From: Euprymna scolopes
Taxonomy: Eukaryota
Length of the DNA: 64,000 nt
Direction: 5' to 3' (one strand)
Assembly: GCA_053919585.1 (NCBI GenBank)
Contig: CM132786.1
Shown: in pieces, positions 41,015 to 55,506 of the stretch
Position numbering within the stretch: the first letter of the stretch is position 1
Layout: every line of letters begins with the position of its first letter
The notes under the pieces: generated by a model
Told to the model about the DNA's origin: nothing
Database searches by the model: none
What the model saw: only the letters and a program-made list of their open reading frames with translations
Position numbers and translations under genes: made by a program

Positions 41015-44000
41015 AAAAGGAAATGAAATGTGATTTGACATGATTAAAATCCGAAATTGGAAGAGAAGCTGCATATACCTTTGATATATTTTCATTACGC
41101 GATTTTTAACTTCAAAATGGCGTAATGGAAACATATTATAGTATTAGTGTGAAATCGATGCTTCAACAACTGTTGTTCCACAGCCGTAACTGTCGTCAAA
41201 AGGCGGACATAACCAATGTTGTATTTTGTTCCAAGGTTGATCAAATAAAAAAAGTATCTATTATTATGTCTTAATACAGACCGATCTATTTAGTTAGTTG
41301 TGACGACCAATTTAAATGTAACTGTATTGGATTATGACAGTGTATGAAAATTTTATTTGAAATTACAGAATAGTACTCAAAATATGTCGTTATTATTTAA
41401 CTACGGACAGTATTCTGCATTAGTACTTACTTCTGAAGTCGTAACGACTACGCCGATTAAAAAAAATGTGAACAAAAAAGTCGAATGAAAAATAGAGAAA
41501 GCTCGAATAAGAATATTTTGTTTAGTACAATATAATCTGATACAATATTCCTAATTTTTTTTTATTCCGTTGGGTAAGTTTTACTAAAGTAAGGAAATTC
41601 GATAGACATGTCTTTCTAGACCGTATAAAATATTGTTACAATGTGTGTGTTACAGAAATAGATCAATTAGCAAAAGTAATTATTAATGACACCAATTCTT
41701 GAAGAAGACAGCAGAAAGTAAGGTTTATTTTATTTTTAAAAAGCCAATTTGTAGAAAAAAATTCTTAAAATGAGTTACATGATGTTACGATATGCTCGTT
41801 ACAGAAAACACTAGGATAGAAAAGTGATAACTACTGGAAACAGTTTTCAAAGACAATGGCCGAAAATTAAGTTGAACTGAGATTCTTAAGATTTGTTTAC
41901 TCAGCAAAACGTAACTATCATCAAATTTAGTTATGAATCGATGAAAATGTCACTAATTAAGTGGCACTTCGTTCTGAAATAACTGGAAAATATAGCCTAG
42001 CCCGTGTGTATAATAGCAATAATGGTGGACTCTTTTTAGTGCAATCCCCCAAATAGATCTCAACCTATATATGATGACTATTCTGTTTTATTACAGTATG
42101 TTACAGCGGCTTAACACAATCTATCATAAAAAATTGATTACTTTTGATTTGCGTTTAAGCTATAATCATTATCCAATAATTAAACGAGATTCATTGAATT
42201 AGAATTTCTTCATAAGAAACAATATTCCCCCGTTTATATGCAATTTCCCCAAAGAATGCTGGATTTCCAGCTTGTATTATTTAATTGTGCATTTATCTAA
42301 GTTGAAACATTTATGCATACGCGCGTATTGATAGATATTAGAAAAATAAAAAATATGCGTTAAAAATGCATAGACTTATTCTACTTATTTTGCAATATTA
42401 TATATGTATAACATAAAGTGGATTAGATTGTGTACAGATGTACTATATATTTTGGAGAATATGTATATATATTCATATATTTATTCATAATAATTGGAAT
42501 CAAAATTAAAACATACGATTAAATATAATAATAAGTGGAATTTAATATTTGAATATACATTTGTTCTGGGACGCGTATTCATTTAATGTTAAAATAGAAT
42601 CAAATTTGTGTATGATTATATATGTTTTGCAAAATATACTCTTTACCTGACGCACCTAAGAAACAGATTATTATGCTTCTTAGAAATATAATTGCAAGCT
42701 TTTATGAATTGCAATATGAATTGTATATCTGTTTTATCTGTCGCAATGCAAAGCTGATATACATGAGATCTAATAACTTATCTTAATAGAATCTTCATAT
42801 TTTCTGAATAACTTTAAAAATGATTATTGGATTTCAATAAGTAGATATTTCTTAAGCTTCAGTTCCTTGAATTAAAAAAAAATATTCTAGGTAAATTATA
42901 TAGATACAGCGTCAAATAGGAACATTTACAAGAATCAAATTCATGACATAAGTTTTGGTATTAGTATATTTTGATTCTACTCATTGCAAGTAGAAATAAA
43001 ATATTTGTAGAACTCTATTGTTTGGGTGTTATGCTTTTATCAACGAGCGATCAACAATGGCAAAATAAAATTCTATAAACATACATGCGTGTGTTTTATA
43101 TGATCTTCTTCAACGCGATTTAAGGAGTGACTGTATTGTTTAGTGATCAACGACTGTCTGTTTGACTAAAATAAATGAGACTTCTCGTGAAGAAAATACA
43201 CAAGTAAGATGTTCGCTGAGTTCTATAAAGTTTTATTGGAGAATTCATGAAAGAGCGAATAGCGTTTTACTTCTAAGTCTTAATTTCTATATCAGGAAAT
43301 TTAGGGTTACACGCTCACGAACAGGCATTTTTCTTAGATTATTCTACAATATTACGCTGGAAAACGTTGTTATACCGTAATCGGTATACTTACTTTTATT
43401 TACAGAGTTTGAAATCTTGGCGCTGTTGTGTCACCCATTTTTTGTTCAACCATGAGGACGGTTCTGTGTACAGATCTGGATCATGCTTACATGCGTTAAA
43501 TGTTACTTTCATTATTACTTAACGCCATACCTTCAGGTGACAAAACTAGTAATTAAAAAACACTGGATAAGAAGAAATATATATCAGATACTGATTCTAA
43601 TAAAATAAGATGGGATATATAACAAAAAAAAATTAAAATACAAAATTTTGCTGAAGAAAACATCCATAATGCTCTTTTAAATAGACATTCGAAAGATCTA
43701 ATATGTTTATAAGATCGAATAAACCCTAGGAGAAACCAAATATCGAATAAAATATAACTTTATAAGTAAGTATATGATATAAGTAATACCTGGAATACAA
43801 TTTATTTCGGGAAGCTTAAAAAGTTTCTCCCAAGTAATATTATTTGTAAATCTACCATTTCAAATGTACACCGGTTTGAATTTGGCGTTTAACAATCAGC
43901 ATGGATTAATGTTGTTTTCAGTTTTTGTAGATTATTTGTTCATCTGAAAATAATTACNNNNNNNNNNNNNNNNNNNNNNNNNNNNNNNNNNNNNNNNNNN

Positions 44001-44119
44001 NNNNNNNNNNNNNNNNNNNNNNNNNNNNNNNNNNNNNNNNNNNNNNNNNNNNNNNNNNNNNNNNNNNNNNNNNNNNNNNNNNNNNNNNNNNNNNTGTGTA
44101 AATGTGTCTATAATATGTT

Positions 44120-44192
<73 letters not shown>

Positions 44193-44693
44193 AGGTATAT
44201 GTGGAAGAAATCAGAATAAAAAGTGCTCAACACGTTAGTAGAGCCAAATATGTATTTTATTTTCACATCCTCAAGGGTATTAACTTAATTCATTACAAAT
44301 TGTGTCAATGGGCAATATGATCATTATCCGTCCATATTGTCAGATGGTTTCTATCAAAATTTTTAGTTTGAATCAGCTGACGATATGAACAGATAATTTT
44401 TATCTCGTCTATTGAAAAATTTGCAATGAATTAAGTTAATACATTGGAGGTTTCAATAATAAATAACACTATATATATATATATTAGTGTGTGTGTATCC
44501 ATCTTTTATCTTTTGAAAATACAAAGATAATCGAAAAAATATATAAGAAAAGATATATTTGTTTTAGAAAATATTCTTGTTTTTAACAATTTTTGGATAA
44601 AACCAAAATTGCTTTAATATATGAATTATTTAATAACATTATGGATTTATAGTAATATAGTATTTTTATTATGCACACATTATTATTTACATA

Positions 44694-44748
44694 TGTGCAT
44701 ACATGCTTCAGTGGAATCCTAATTACAGGAGTCACATCATCAGTCGAA
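44694..44748 (-). ncRNA. Degenerate hammerhead ribozyme motif
   Basis: Minus strand: CTGATGA tgtgactcct-gtaatt-aggattccact GAAG catg TA tgcac. GAAA is mutated and the 5' arm of stem I is lost. Confidence 0.4.
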
Positions 44749-44982
44749 AAGCAAAGCGATATTGAAAAGAGAGTCAAGGTATACAGTTATTAAGTTATAT
44801 AAATTTATAAAAACATCACAATTTCTTATATATGAGAGTGTAAACTTATCTAAGAACATGTGCAAAAATGTCATTGTGATCCTACAGAAAATACAATTGT
44901 AAGCAAGAATTCCATTCTATGGTAAAATAGAACTTCGTTCACAGCTTTCCCTGTCCGTCTGTCTGTCTTTTTTTATATCCCC

Positions 44983-45018
<36 letters not shown>

Positions 45019-46246
45019 TACAATACATGTATATATAGTATACAATTTGAAGTCCTTTCACGATCTCAGGATTAACGCACACGAAAAGGAAGTATCAGTA
45101 TTGAAATACATTTGAAAAATTAAAACTTAATTACCATTAATATTTTGATTACTTTTTATTATGCTACTTCCATGCTTTACTCACATATGACGTACTCTTG
45201 AAATGAATACAGAAACCTATTCAGCCTATTTTATATCCTTCATTTTAGTATTCACATTAAATAATAATTTATTAACGCACACACACAATATATATATATA
45301 TATATATAATGTATGTATACTTTATTATTTGTGAGTTATTTCTCTTTTTTTTTGCAAAACAACACATCCTATAAATTTGTTGATTACGCAAACTTTGCAA
45401 CAATGAACCATTTTTCTAAAAAAACACATCCTTTTAGAGCATATCACTTTTCTGTAGAGTGATAGGCGTGCGAAAATCATTTAATTTTCTAGTTAATGTA
45501 ATTATTAAATAAATAATATATTCTCTGCTAAAAGACATCTTGTTGCAAACAATGTTTTTCGAAAAGTTCCAAAAATCGAAGGAAAAAATATCATAGAAAT
45601 CAACAAGAAAAAAACGCCAGCCACTGAATATGGCTAATGAGAAGATGGTTTTCATTCTTACGGTGAAACAAATTTGTGTAATCAAGTCTGAAGTAGACGA
45701 TTACTTTCGATTGAACGCTGGCGAAACCTACTTGGGCTGTCTCCATATGTATATCGAGTGCTAAGTACATAATTGTATTTTTTCTTCCAATAACTGTCAA
45801 AATAATCGGTATGGATTCAATATAAGTTTGAGATGTCCGAATTTACTTTTCTCATTATGACATTCCCACAGTTACATGCATATAGATTTGCACATATGTA
45901 TTAAATACATTATCATACATCTTTACTTCAAGTCGCAGAAGGTCACAGCGATCAAATTAACGCATGCTATATTGCATCTATCTAAATCGATATTATTATA
46001 TCTTTAAATAACGGGACATATGCATGAATCAGTGTAGGTTATTTTTGTCGTATAACACGCAATTGTCCTCCTACGTAAATGTCTATCTTAACGGCCCGTG
46101 ACTCGTCTAGTTTTTGTGGGTGCGTGTCAAACATATAATATACGAACATGGTTAGATTTCTGTCCGCAGTTGGCCGCCTGTCATCCTGGGTGGAGCCGGA
46201 TCTGTAGTAACAAATACGCTTCAAAACAGGGATCCAAGACAATGAG

Positions 46247-46512
46247 TGTTGTGATATATTTTATTCCCTCCTCATGTATCTCATCACAGCAGAACTTGAG
46301 TGGACCTTGGCTTGCGGCTTTTCTCGTTCTCTTAACCCTTAACTTGCTTGTTACATATCTGGTCCTACTCAAACTATGCTTGTATAAAGAACATGTGACA
46401 CATGATACATTACGTCCGGTCCCTGTTCGCATGGTCCGATGTAAACCTTCCGGGTCACAGAGTTTGAAACCTATTAAACATGCCAATTCAAAACTCTGTT
46501 GTCCAATCATCA
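46247..46512 (-). mobile_element. Possible solo LTR
   Basis: Minus strand TGATG...AATAAAatatatcaCAACA, 266 bp, GC-enriched; no TSD. Confidence 0.4.
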
Positions 46513-46887
46513 CTAGATAGATAATAATATTGACATATAAATAGATGGATAGATAGAAAGATAGATAGATAGATAAACATACAGTTTATGAAAGAGATAA
46601 CAGGCAGTTTAATGCNNNNNNNNNNNNNNNNNNNNNNNNNNNNNNNNNNNNNNNNNNNNNNNNNNNNNNNNNNNNNNNNNNNNNNNNNNNNNNNNNNNNN
46701 NNNNNNNNNNNNNNNNNNNNNNNNNNNNNNNNNNNNNNNNNNNNNNNNNNNNNNNNNNNNNNNNNNNNNNNNNNNNNNNNNNNNNNNNNNNNNNNNNNNN
46801 NNNNNNNNNNNNNNNNNNNNNNNNNNNNNNNNNNNNNNNNNNNNNNNNNNNNNNNNNNNNNNNNNNNNNNNNNNNNNNNNNNATACA

Positions 46888-46935
46888 TCAGATCATCGGA
46901 GTTAAACCACGATGAGCCTTGTTAGAGAGTGACCA
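46888..46935 (+). pseudogene. Second degenerate 5S rRNA-like fragment
   Basis: cagatcatcggagttaaaccacgatgagccttgttag...gtgacc aligns to the 5S internal control region; its 5' end lies next to an assembly gap. Confidence 0.5.
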
Positions 46936-47719
46936 AGGTTTTACGTTGGAACTTGAAGTTCTGGGTTTACTCGTGTACTTTTTGTGAATACCTTATATGA
47001 TGGAGTTTTGTGATTAGAGGAAAAAGTCGACAAACTTGGTTAGAGCAGTGCAGAGAGAGAAAGTAAGGGAGAAAAAGAAATGATGAAATATTTTTTGTAG
47101 CACACAATAAGTTAAGGCCGTAACAATTACGCACTAATATGGCATCGAGAATCCCCACCGGAAGCTACTGCATGGTCTACAATCCATTCATTGAATAGTA
47201 ATACAGCAACCCCAGTACTTTGCATTTGCTGATAGGACAGCTTCCTTGGTGGTTAATCCAAAGTTCGTGTGTTTAACCATCCGGCGGATAATGTCAGTCC
47301 AAATAAAATTTTTACCTCCAGCATCCTTACTAGTGACAGGGCCATTTGGATAGATATAGAAACAAAAGAATTCCGACATCTCAGGCTACTGCCTGATATT
47401 GCCGACCTAGAATAAAGCTCTTTCTTTTCCCTTTGCCAGAAAAATCACTTATCGTAAATGTTACCTACAGCATATAATATTTCATATATGTTTCCAGTTT
47501 CGTAATTAATTCCGGCACCTTATTGATTTTATTTCGCTTAAATGTTTATTAACTATTTCCTTGATTCTGTGAACAATGAGTCTCTCGTATATCGAAATTT
47601 TAATATTTATTAAAATAAAATCAATATGTAAACTGTAAATATTATAATATAATTTTGGGAGGATGAAAATTGAAGTCCAACAATTGTAGTTTTTGATCAA
47701 TCAAGATTTATTAAGAACA

Positions 47720-48060
47720 CCAGGAATAAAAGACAAACAGTGAGTAGGAAAAGGGAGGTTGCTGAACTCATATTTTGACAAGCTTCTGGGTTTTACCTTT
47801 ACTCCTGCTCTGGCATGGCAAGTGCTCGAGTGAGCTTCAATCTATGGCCCCCCTCGTCAAACTTTTATAAGAAACACTCGTCCAGCTGAAAACACTATCA
47901 ATAATTCCTCCCACTCTTTATCTGTGCCTTAACCTAAGCGAAGATTCCATGAAATAATCTTCTTTCTTAGAACTGCATGCATATGGAACTGTCTTCCGTT
48001 TTCCTGCTTTCCAGCTAACTACAATCTGACTGTCTTCAAGTCCAACGTAAGCAAGTTATT
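47720..48060 (+). mobile_element. Internally deleted CR1/Jockey-like LINE fragment
   Basis: KLLGFTFTP and FFLRTACIWNCLPFSCFPANYNLTVFKSNVSK; same family as 16140-16285. Confidence 0.7.
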
Positions 48061-48212
48061 GATGAGTCATTTCCATTTAAGTTAACAAATTTACCGAATT
48101 TCCATTACTAACAATTACTATATTGTTCAATTGACTACTGTACACTGTTAACCCTTATCCTCGAGTGGTCTTTGGGCTTTGATAAGTGGTGATGCTCATA
48201 TAAAAAAGGATA

Positions 48213-48266
48213 ATAAACGTCATCGAACAATAGAAAATTATAAACGTCATCGAACAATAGAAAATT
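48213..48266. repeat. Perfect 27-bp tandem duplication
   Basis: ataaacgtcatcgaacaatagaaaatt x2. Confidence 0.9.
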
Positions 48267-50306
48267 TGAAAATATTTCCCAAGAACAGATTGACAATCGG
48301 AAAGAGTACATGTTATGACTTTTATTATGACGGCTTTATTACTGAGTTCAAATATGCTAAAGGTTCAATGGATATTCACCTAGTCATAACTTAGGAAGCA
48401 ATGTTATTTTTTATCTTTATTTTTAATTTCTTAATTCTTTTGCAATTATTCCATTTAGACATTGGAAACACATGAATTAGAGGAATAATGCACATCTATA
48501 TGTCAGTCTATGGGGTGCATCGACCCACAAATTTATGGGTCGTGCTTTTCTATTCGTTTAAATATTGACGGTTTTGCTTTGTCGTCTCGTATCCTGCGCA
48601 CTTATTTTGACAAGTATGCAACACCAAAAGCTATGCAGACTCACGGACTAACACAAATATTCCTATGCAGTCAGTACGAGTCAATGTACTCTGCGCATAT
48701 GTGTAATACTGTCATGGAAAAAGACATCCATATCTTAGTTAATTACATTGTATCAGCTAGGACACAATTGCGTTAAATCATTTGTCGTTTAGCTGAAATC
48801 AGCGCAATTCATCTCTTCTGATCTATCCTTCCTTGGCCCGCATTAACTCCCAGGGATATCACGAACCGTAAAAATAATCCGAAAATTCAGTCTTTACTAT
48901 ATTTAGTTTCGACCGGAAATCTGAAGCGTTAGAGGTTCATGCCCTGTATATTGCTGTGCTGAAGGAGTCGTGTATCGCGCTTCCCCTCTCAATATAACTA
49001 TCTATCCCATTAATCTATATACTTCATAAGCTTTGCTTTTCTAGTGAATCCTCTTTCTACATTCTCTAGTGTCCTGGCACAGAGAGGAATGGACATTCTG
49101 TTGAATTACACTATATTTTAAAAGCACATTTCCGAAGTCAATACATGTCGGTAGAATTAAATAACTCTTTACATCTCATTGAAATGCGAACTTCATAATA
49201 TCAGTTTAATATGTAAATATTAAGAAAAACAGAATTGTGTTGTAATAGATGGACAGCTTTGTATTAAAAGAATGGTCATATTAATATAGAGCTGGGATTT
49301 CTGTAGCGCGATGTTTGTTCGCAATACATTGTAACATTTTATAGTAAAGCAAACACATAACAAGCAGCTCATTTAAATTGGCATTATTTTCAGTAAATAA
49401 ACGAATACAGTAGAAGCATTAATACAGATAGACGAGAAAACCTCAGAAAATAAATGTGAGTTATATTTACATTACCTACGTCCATCGAACAGGTGAAAAG
49501 CCGTAGGTCATCGTAATCAAATTTATTTGTAAATCTACATGAAATCAGATATATCAGGCTTGTAAATAGCGGCGTCTATCTAGCTAAAGCAACTTAGATT
49601 TGTTTTCTTATTTTAAGTTTTATTTATTTGCCCTTTCTTTTTTTCTATAAGTAAGCTTCGAAAATAATGCTGTCCCATGCTGCGTGTGTCAATGGAGGTT
49701 CCAAGAATATCACTGCATTAATATTTTAAATTAGTGATTCAGTACATTTCTTCTTGTATAGTGTAATTCTAAAAATAAAAGTAAAACTAAGTGCAAAGAT
49801 ATCTTACTATGTAATCCATTTTAAACGTATGAATAAGATTTCTTTCCTGTTTTCACTTAGCTGTAGGATTAAGCATAATTAGTTGAGGCGCCCGGATTTG
49901 ACTCATAACGGTTAATTTTTTTTGGGTGTTCGAATCAGGTGAGTGGCCACATAGTTTTGACAACAATGACGATTCACCAAATATGACCGTTACACATCTG
50001 TTGATAGCAATTTAAAATATTTATTAGTACAGTAATTATATATGAAGTTTAACATTGCATTTTAAATTGCAATAACCAAGTTTTTAATTGGAAACTTTCA
50101 AAGGATGAAAAAACAAAATGAACTAATGTATATAAAAAAAATGTTTATTCAGTAAAAACTAAGAACACACATAATTACACAGATCATAAGAAATTTGTAA
50201 GATTACTCCCGGAAAAATCTAAAATTATAAGTGCATTGGAAAATATTTATCTCGTATTTAATACGGGAACTCTGGGATTCATACACAGACAACCGGATAT
50301 TTTTAT

Positions 50307-50381
<75 letters not shown>

Positions 50382-50480
50382 TGCTTCATTTAATCACATA
50401 AATTAATATACGAAATTAGAATATTATGCGTAAACTTTACGATTTACTTCAACAGTGCTCAGTACATAGGAAGAGCTAGG

Positions 50481-51086
50481 TAGTAAGTTATAAAAATGTA
50501 TATAGCAATTAAGCTACACAGAATATTCCGCGTTTCATCCATGCTAGGATTCGACAGGTTTATTTGAAGAGTTGTGTTTGTCTCACGTTTTTATATGCGC
50601 ACATTCTATTGATTTTTTTGTAAGTCAATCAACTTACTAGTTTCCACCGTGCCCTTCAGCCAAGTGGCAGGCATTTAAAGGAAAAATCCCAGTTGACCAT
50701 AGGTTCAACCCTTCCATTGTGTGTGTTATATATAAACTAACATAATATTAAAAAATATAGAAAACAACACATTTAACTACACCTTGGTTAAAAGGAGGTC
50801 AGATGACTAGATATATACGCTTCCCGCTAAAAAAGCACAACTAAATAAAAGGTTTAGCATAAGGTCAACTGGGCCTTTGTCTTGTAAGTGCCTGCCACTT
50901 GCCTGCTAAGAAAGGACACGGTGGAAACTAGGTAGTTGCTTGGCTAACTAAAAATTCACTAGAATGTGTGTATATAAAAACGCGAGGCAACCAAAACTCT
51001 TCGTATAAGCCTGACGAATGCTAGCGTGGGTGAAACGCGGAATATTCTGTGTAGCTAAATTGCCATATATATTTTTGAATCTTACT
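50481..51086. mobile_element. Foldback/MITE-like element with ~230-bp imperfect inverted arms
   Basis: agctacacagaatattccgcgtttca / tgaaacgcggaatattctgtgtagct, ctagtttccaccgtg / cacggtggaaactag and cccagttgacc / ggtcaactggg. Confidence 0.88.
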
Positions 51087-51440
51087 ATATGTATATATTC
51101 ATATATATATATATATATTATTTATGTGTCTTTATATAAACGTTTAGGTATCACTACAACATCAGGGGTATGTTTCAGTCAACTAGTTATAAATTGCTAG
51201 AGACATCATCATACGACGTTGTATTTCTAAAAAGTATTTTTTTAAAAGCAACATCGCCGGATAATGTCTCTAATTTTGTATAACTTGTTGAGAGAAACAT
51301 ACTCAATGCTGTATAGCGATGCCTAAATGTCTATGTAAAAACTAATATAATGTATATCTTGCGCTACATTCTATTTAGCACTCTTGTATAACTCTCATTA
51401 ATCTTATTAAATGTTTTGCCTTTGAACAATATAAAACTTG

Positions 51441-51482
<42 letters not shown>

Positions 51483-52869
51483 ATATGTCAGATTGATTGT
51501 TGATATTTCTTCTGATGAGTTAAGGGCATAATAGATTCACTGATTGATATAATAATTAAGTGATTGATTTTGCGCTACGAAACATATACTGTCAAGAATT
51601 GTATAAGTCAGCTGAATTAAAGGAACAAATTATAAGATGGTCAACATAATGAATTTTGGAATATAATTTTTTGTCATTTATTCTCTATATTGCTCTGTAA
51701 TTACATTGAGCTTTTTAAATAAGAATTGATATATATTATACGAAAATACATTTCTACAGAAATATATATATATATATATAAACATGCATATATATGCATA
51801 TATATATATATATATATTCTCCTATTTCACTTCTAAGCGTAGACATTTAACTATATCTCATCCATATTTTTTCCACTATATTTCGTTTTTTTGTCACTAT
51901 TAACATTTTATTTCTGGGCTAATGTAACCTATGGTACTGTGGTGGTGAGCGATAAAATGACATATTATTCACATTAATTAGATTTATCAAAAAACGAGGC
52001 TTACGAAATGATATCAATATATGCAACACCATGTGTAATCTTGTTATTAACATGTGTCAAGAAGAGTAAATATTTCAATAGTATTAATCGTAATTTTTGT
52101 AGTATTACTTACACCATTGAATCATAGCAGTATAGAATGTTCCGTGTTAGATATAAAAAGGCTCCAATTACGCTACTCGCCGATTTCTATTATGAAATGG
52201 GTTTGGAACTAAATTATGGCTTGCCATTGTGTCTGCATCGCAAGAAATTGTAAAATGTATGAAAAGGCATGGTGCGATAAAAAGAAAAAGACAATTCAAT
52301 TGCTTCAGGTCTCGTAGCATATTAAGGTCGAATGATTCTGCACTATTTTCCCGGAGAGAAAGGAAAGCGAAAAAAAAGAAGTTGCTATTTTCGGTAAAAT
52401 TAATTACTAGCATTTATAACTGAATGATCTGCACGATTCAATTTTCTTTAATCATATCTTCCTGACGTGAATTTCGAAAATTACTCTTTGAATTGTTGAA
52501 ATAAGATCCACACCCGTGCACTGAAGACTGCAGACATTTTAGAAAGAAAACTGCGTGCATTCATTAAAACTAAACACCATGATGAAAGTATTAACAACAT
52601 GCTCTGTAGATGTAGTTTATCATTTACAAAGGTTTACAGGATTTGCAACAAGCATAAAAAGTCAGAATGTTTATGTCTGAAACAGGCTATAATTATAACG
52701 ATATCCATGTAAGAATGGCATTTGTAACCACCTCCATTTATATGTGTGGATAGACTTTCTTAAAATACGTGCTCCATTCTAGATCAGTACTACTCTCCAA
52801 ATAGTATCTTCTATGAAAAATTTAGTAATATCGACAAAGCTGGTCAGTAGAATGAAAGTAAATTAATTA

Positions 52870-54862
52870 CACTGGCCAACAAAAAGAATCGTTATGCTGC
52901 CTAAGATGCTGTAATTGTTTTTACATAATTTGATGTGAAAAGTCTATAGCTACAATATAAACAGGCAAATCAGAGAAACAATATATTTATGTAACTTTAA
53001 GAAACATATTCTTGGAATCACATCAAAATATTTATATGTAATTGTTGAAGTAGTAAGGAAAATGTTAAAAATGACGTTTTACTTATTTTTAGAATAAGGA
53101 GGCTCCGGCATCATTGCGCTTAATAAACCAACATCAGTCTGCAAGCATGGTTAGGTCCCAATGACGTTGATAGGCCATTCTAGGTGATTGATATCTTGAT
53201 AGAAGCGCTTCTCTTACTCGTTGTTCGCATCATTAAGATTTTCTGGAAAATGGGCAAGATTGCTGTGCAAAACATGTAACGTAATATTTGCACCCACATG
53301 ATGGAGACTTATGAATAATGTTTCAACAAGCTCTTTGTAGTTGGGCGCCTTGGTTTCTCTTAAGAATAATTTTACTACATTCATAAATGCTGTTAAGACA
53401 CGCAGTTTTGCAGGATTTATGAAATTAAAGTAATCTACCTAATTCATTAAATTTCGAATCTGGGGCCCATTAAGACATTCTGGCTTTTAATTTCTCTATG
53501 GATAATCGTGTTAATTTCATGCAAAGATATCTGAAACACTCGCTGTATTTCTCAATAACTTTCACAAACTGTTTCGTGAGACAAAGCTTTATGTAGGAAA
53601 GCGGAAACACAATATTGGAACATTCTACCAAAGAAAAGCTAGAACATTGAGAAAGCTAGGAATAAGTTTACTGCGCACAGGCCAATCATTTTTATCCACT
53701 GCTCTCTTCTTGCCTTGCTATTCCAAAAACACAAGAAGCAAGGAAATTTTGTGAAGCCCAAATAAAATCCTAACGATTTCCAAATCGACATATATGATCC
53801 ATTAATGCTGTCTGTATACAATCTTTTCCAGAACAACTTTGCTTTCGTCATATTTTTCTCTGGGGTCGTTGAATGTCATAGAAGAACTGATGCATATAAT
53901 TTCCATTGTAAGGAAGAACACATTTTAAACTTTTTTGGAATTGTTTATAAAAGGCGCCAATCTAGAGAACAATACTGTTCGACACTAAGCAGCTGTAGCA
54001 GGCTGGCCCTGTCGTTTTCCCGAGTGAAATATGGTAATAGTTCAATGTTGCATTTTCTATAGAATGTTAAGAGAGTTCCAATCTAAAGTAGATTTTTTTC
54101 TTGGAGTCTCGAAGCTAACAATCCAGAAGATTCATTGGAACGGTTGCGATCTCTAGTCAGATCACTAAGTTCTTCTTGAGAGAAAAAAAACTGTTGTAGT
54201 AAAGATCGAGTAAACTATATGGTTCAATACTATAAGTTGACAAAACAGAGGCTAGGTCTTTTTCATAACTAGCCAATTCTAATCCGGGTAAGCCTTTACA
54301 TACAGGAATAGGGATTTCATTGTAGTGTGAAATTGGCCTAATTACAGACTTGAGGTTTTCATAAAACAACGAATTACTGTAGTTTCTGTTGCTACCCTTC
54401 GTTTTAACTAGACAAAAATTAGCGTCATCGAAATGGTTTTGGGGTCCGCGTCAGTCTATTGGAATAATAAAGCGCAGTGACTTTGTATCCTTTTTTGTCT
54501 ATTGCGAAAGATGTTTAACGCATTTTTTGATACAATATGAAGTGTCCATACCTCATCTTGATCGCCTAGTTACTTTGAAGTAAGCAAGATAAAACACTTC
54601 AATAATTCACTGATTGCTTTTCTATTGGATTGAAAGTTATATTCCCCGCTTATATAGCAAAAAACATTTGGATTATTTAAACAATGTCGCCTAAGAGATG
54701 ATGTATAAATGCGTATGTTTTGTTCCAAAAGTCTCCAAGGCAGCTACATTATTTTCAGTCTGACTTATAAATAAATTCCTAACATAAGGAGATTAAAACT
54801 TATTTTGAACTAGAAAACACTAAAACCCTACGACAATCGGTAAGTCTATTTACTACTCAGTG
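52870..54862 (-). mobile_element. Chapaev3-like (CMC superfamily) DNA transposon relic, ~2 kb
   Basis: CACTG...CAGTG termini. Minus-strand motifs RGPQNHFDDANFC, IRPISH..EIPIPV, GFTKFPCFLCFWNSKAR, PLSYIKLCLTKQFVK and LHVLHSNLAHFPENL...RFYQDI. The TSD is not intact. Confidence 0.8.
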
Positions 54863-55085
54863 TCCACTGATTACCAACTACAGGTGTAATAGTATAGCAA
54901 ATTTGACTTTTACTCCAAACTGTTTGATGTCATAATCAATTTACATACCTCACAATTACAACCTAAAATTATAATTATGAAGTTAGAATGTATATAGAAA
55001 CACACCTACTATACTGTCATTGCACGCACCTACGCACCCCACTCACAAATATTCTTAAAATAAAAACTCTGACGACTAGTACATA

Positions 55086-55138
<53 letters not shown>

Positions 55139-55506
55139 AACAGAAAAGGTAAAAACTGAAAACGAAAAAATGAAGATCATGAGAAAGTAAAAACAATAAC
55201 AACAAACAAGGAAAACAAAGGAGCTGGTGCAATAAAAATACTGAATAAATTCTTACAGAAATGGAACATGAGATGTCACGTTGCATGAAAAAGTAAACAA
55301 ACATATTGTTCAGAAGAAGAAGTGAGTAAAACATAGCGTTGATGCCGGGGATAGGAGCGGATAACGAGGAAAGAGGAGTGCTGTATTAGGAAGAACGTAA
55401 TTTTTTTGTTAAGAGTAACTTAAAGGGAGATAATGATTTTCAAAACCAGGACGCAGAAACCTTAATTAAAGGTAAAAAAAAAATGTATAAAATATATCTT
55501 TACAAC

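Noticed and set aside
46098-46520. 140-aa and 110-aa overlapping ORFs as a host gene
   Set aside because: No recognisable domain; they overlap a GC-rich LTR-like island.
48148-48170. TTAA|CCC piggyBac-like starts (also ~28213)
   Set aside because: No matching GGG|TTAA terminus with TIR similarity was found.
51011-51045. CTGACGA...GAAACGCG within the foldback arm
   Set aside because: No stem I or cleavage triplet, and the motif is not conserved in the opposite arm.
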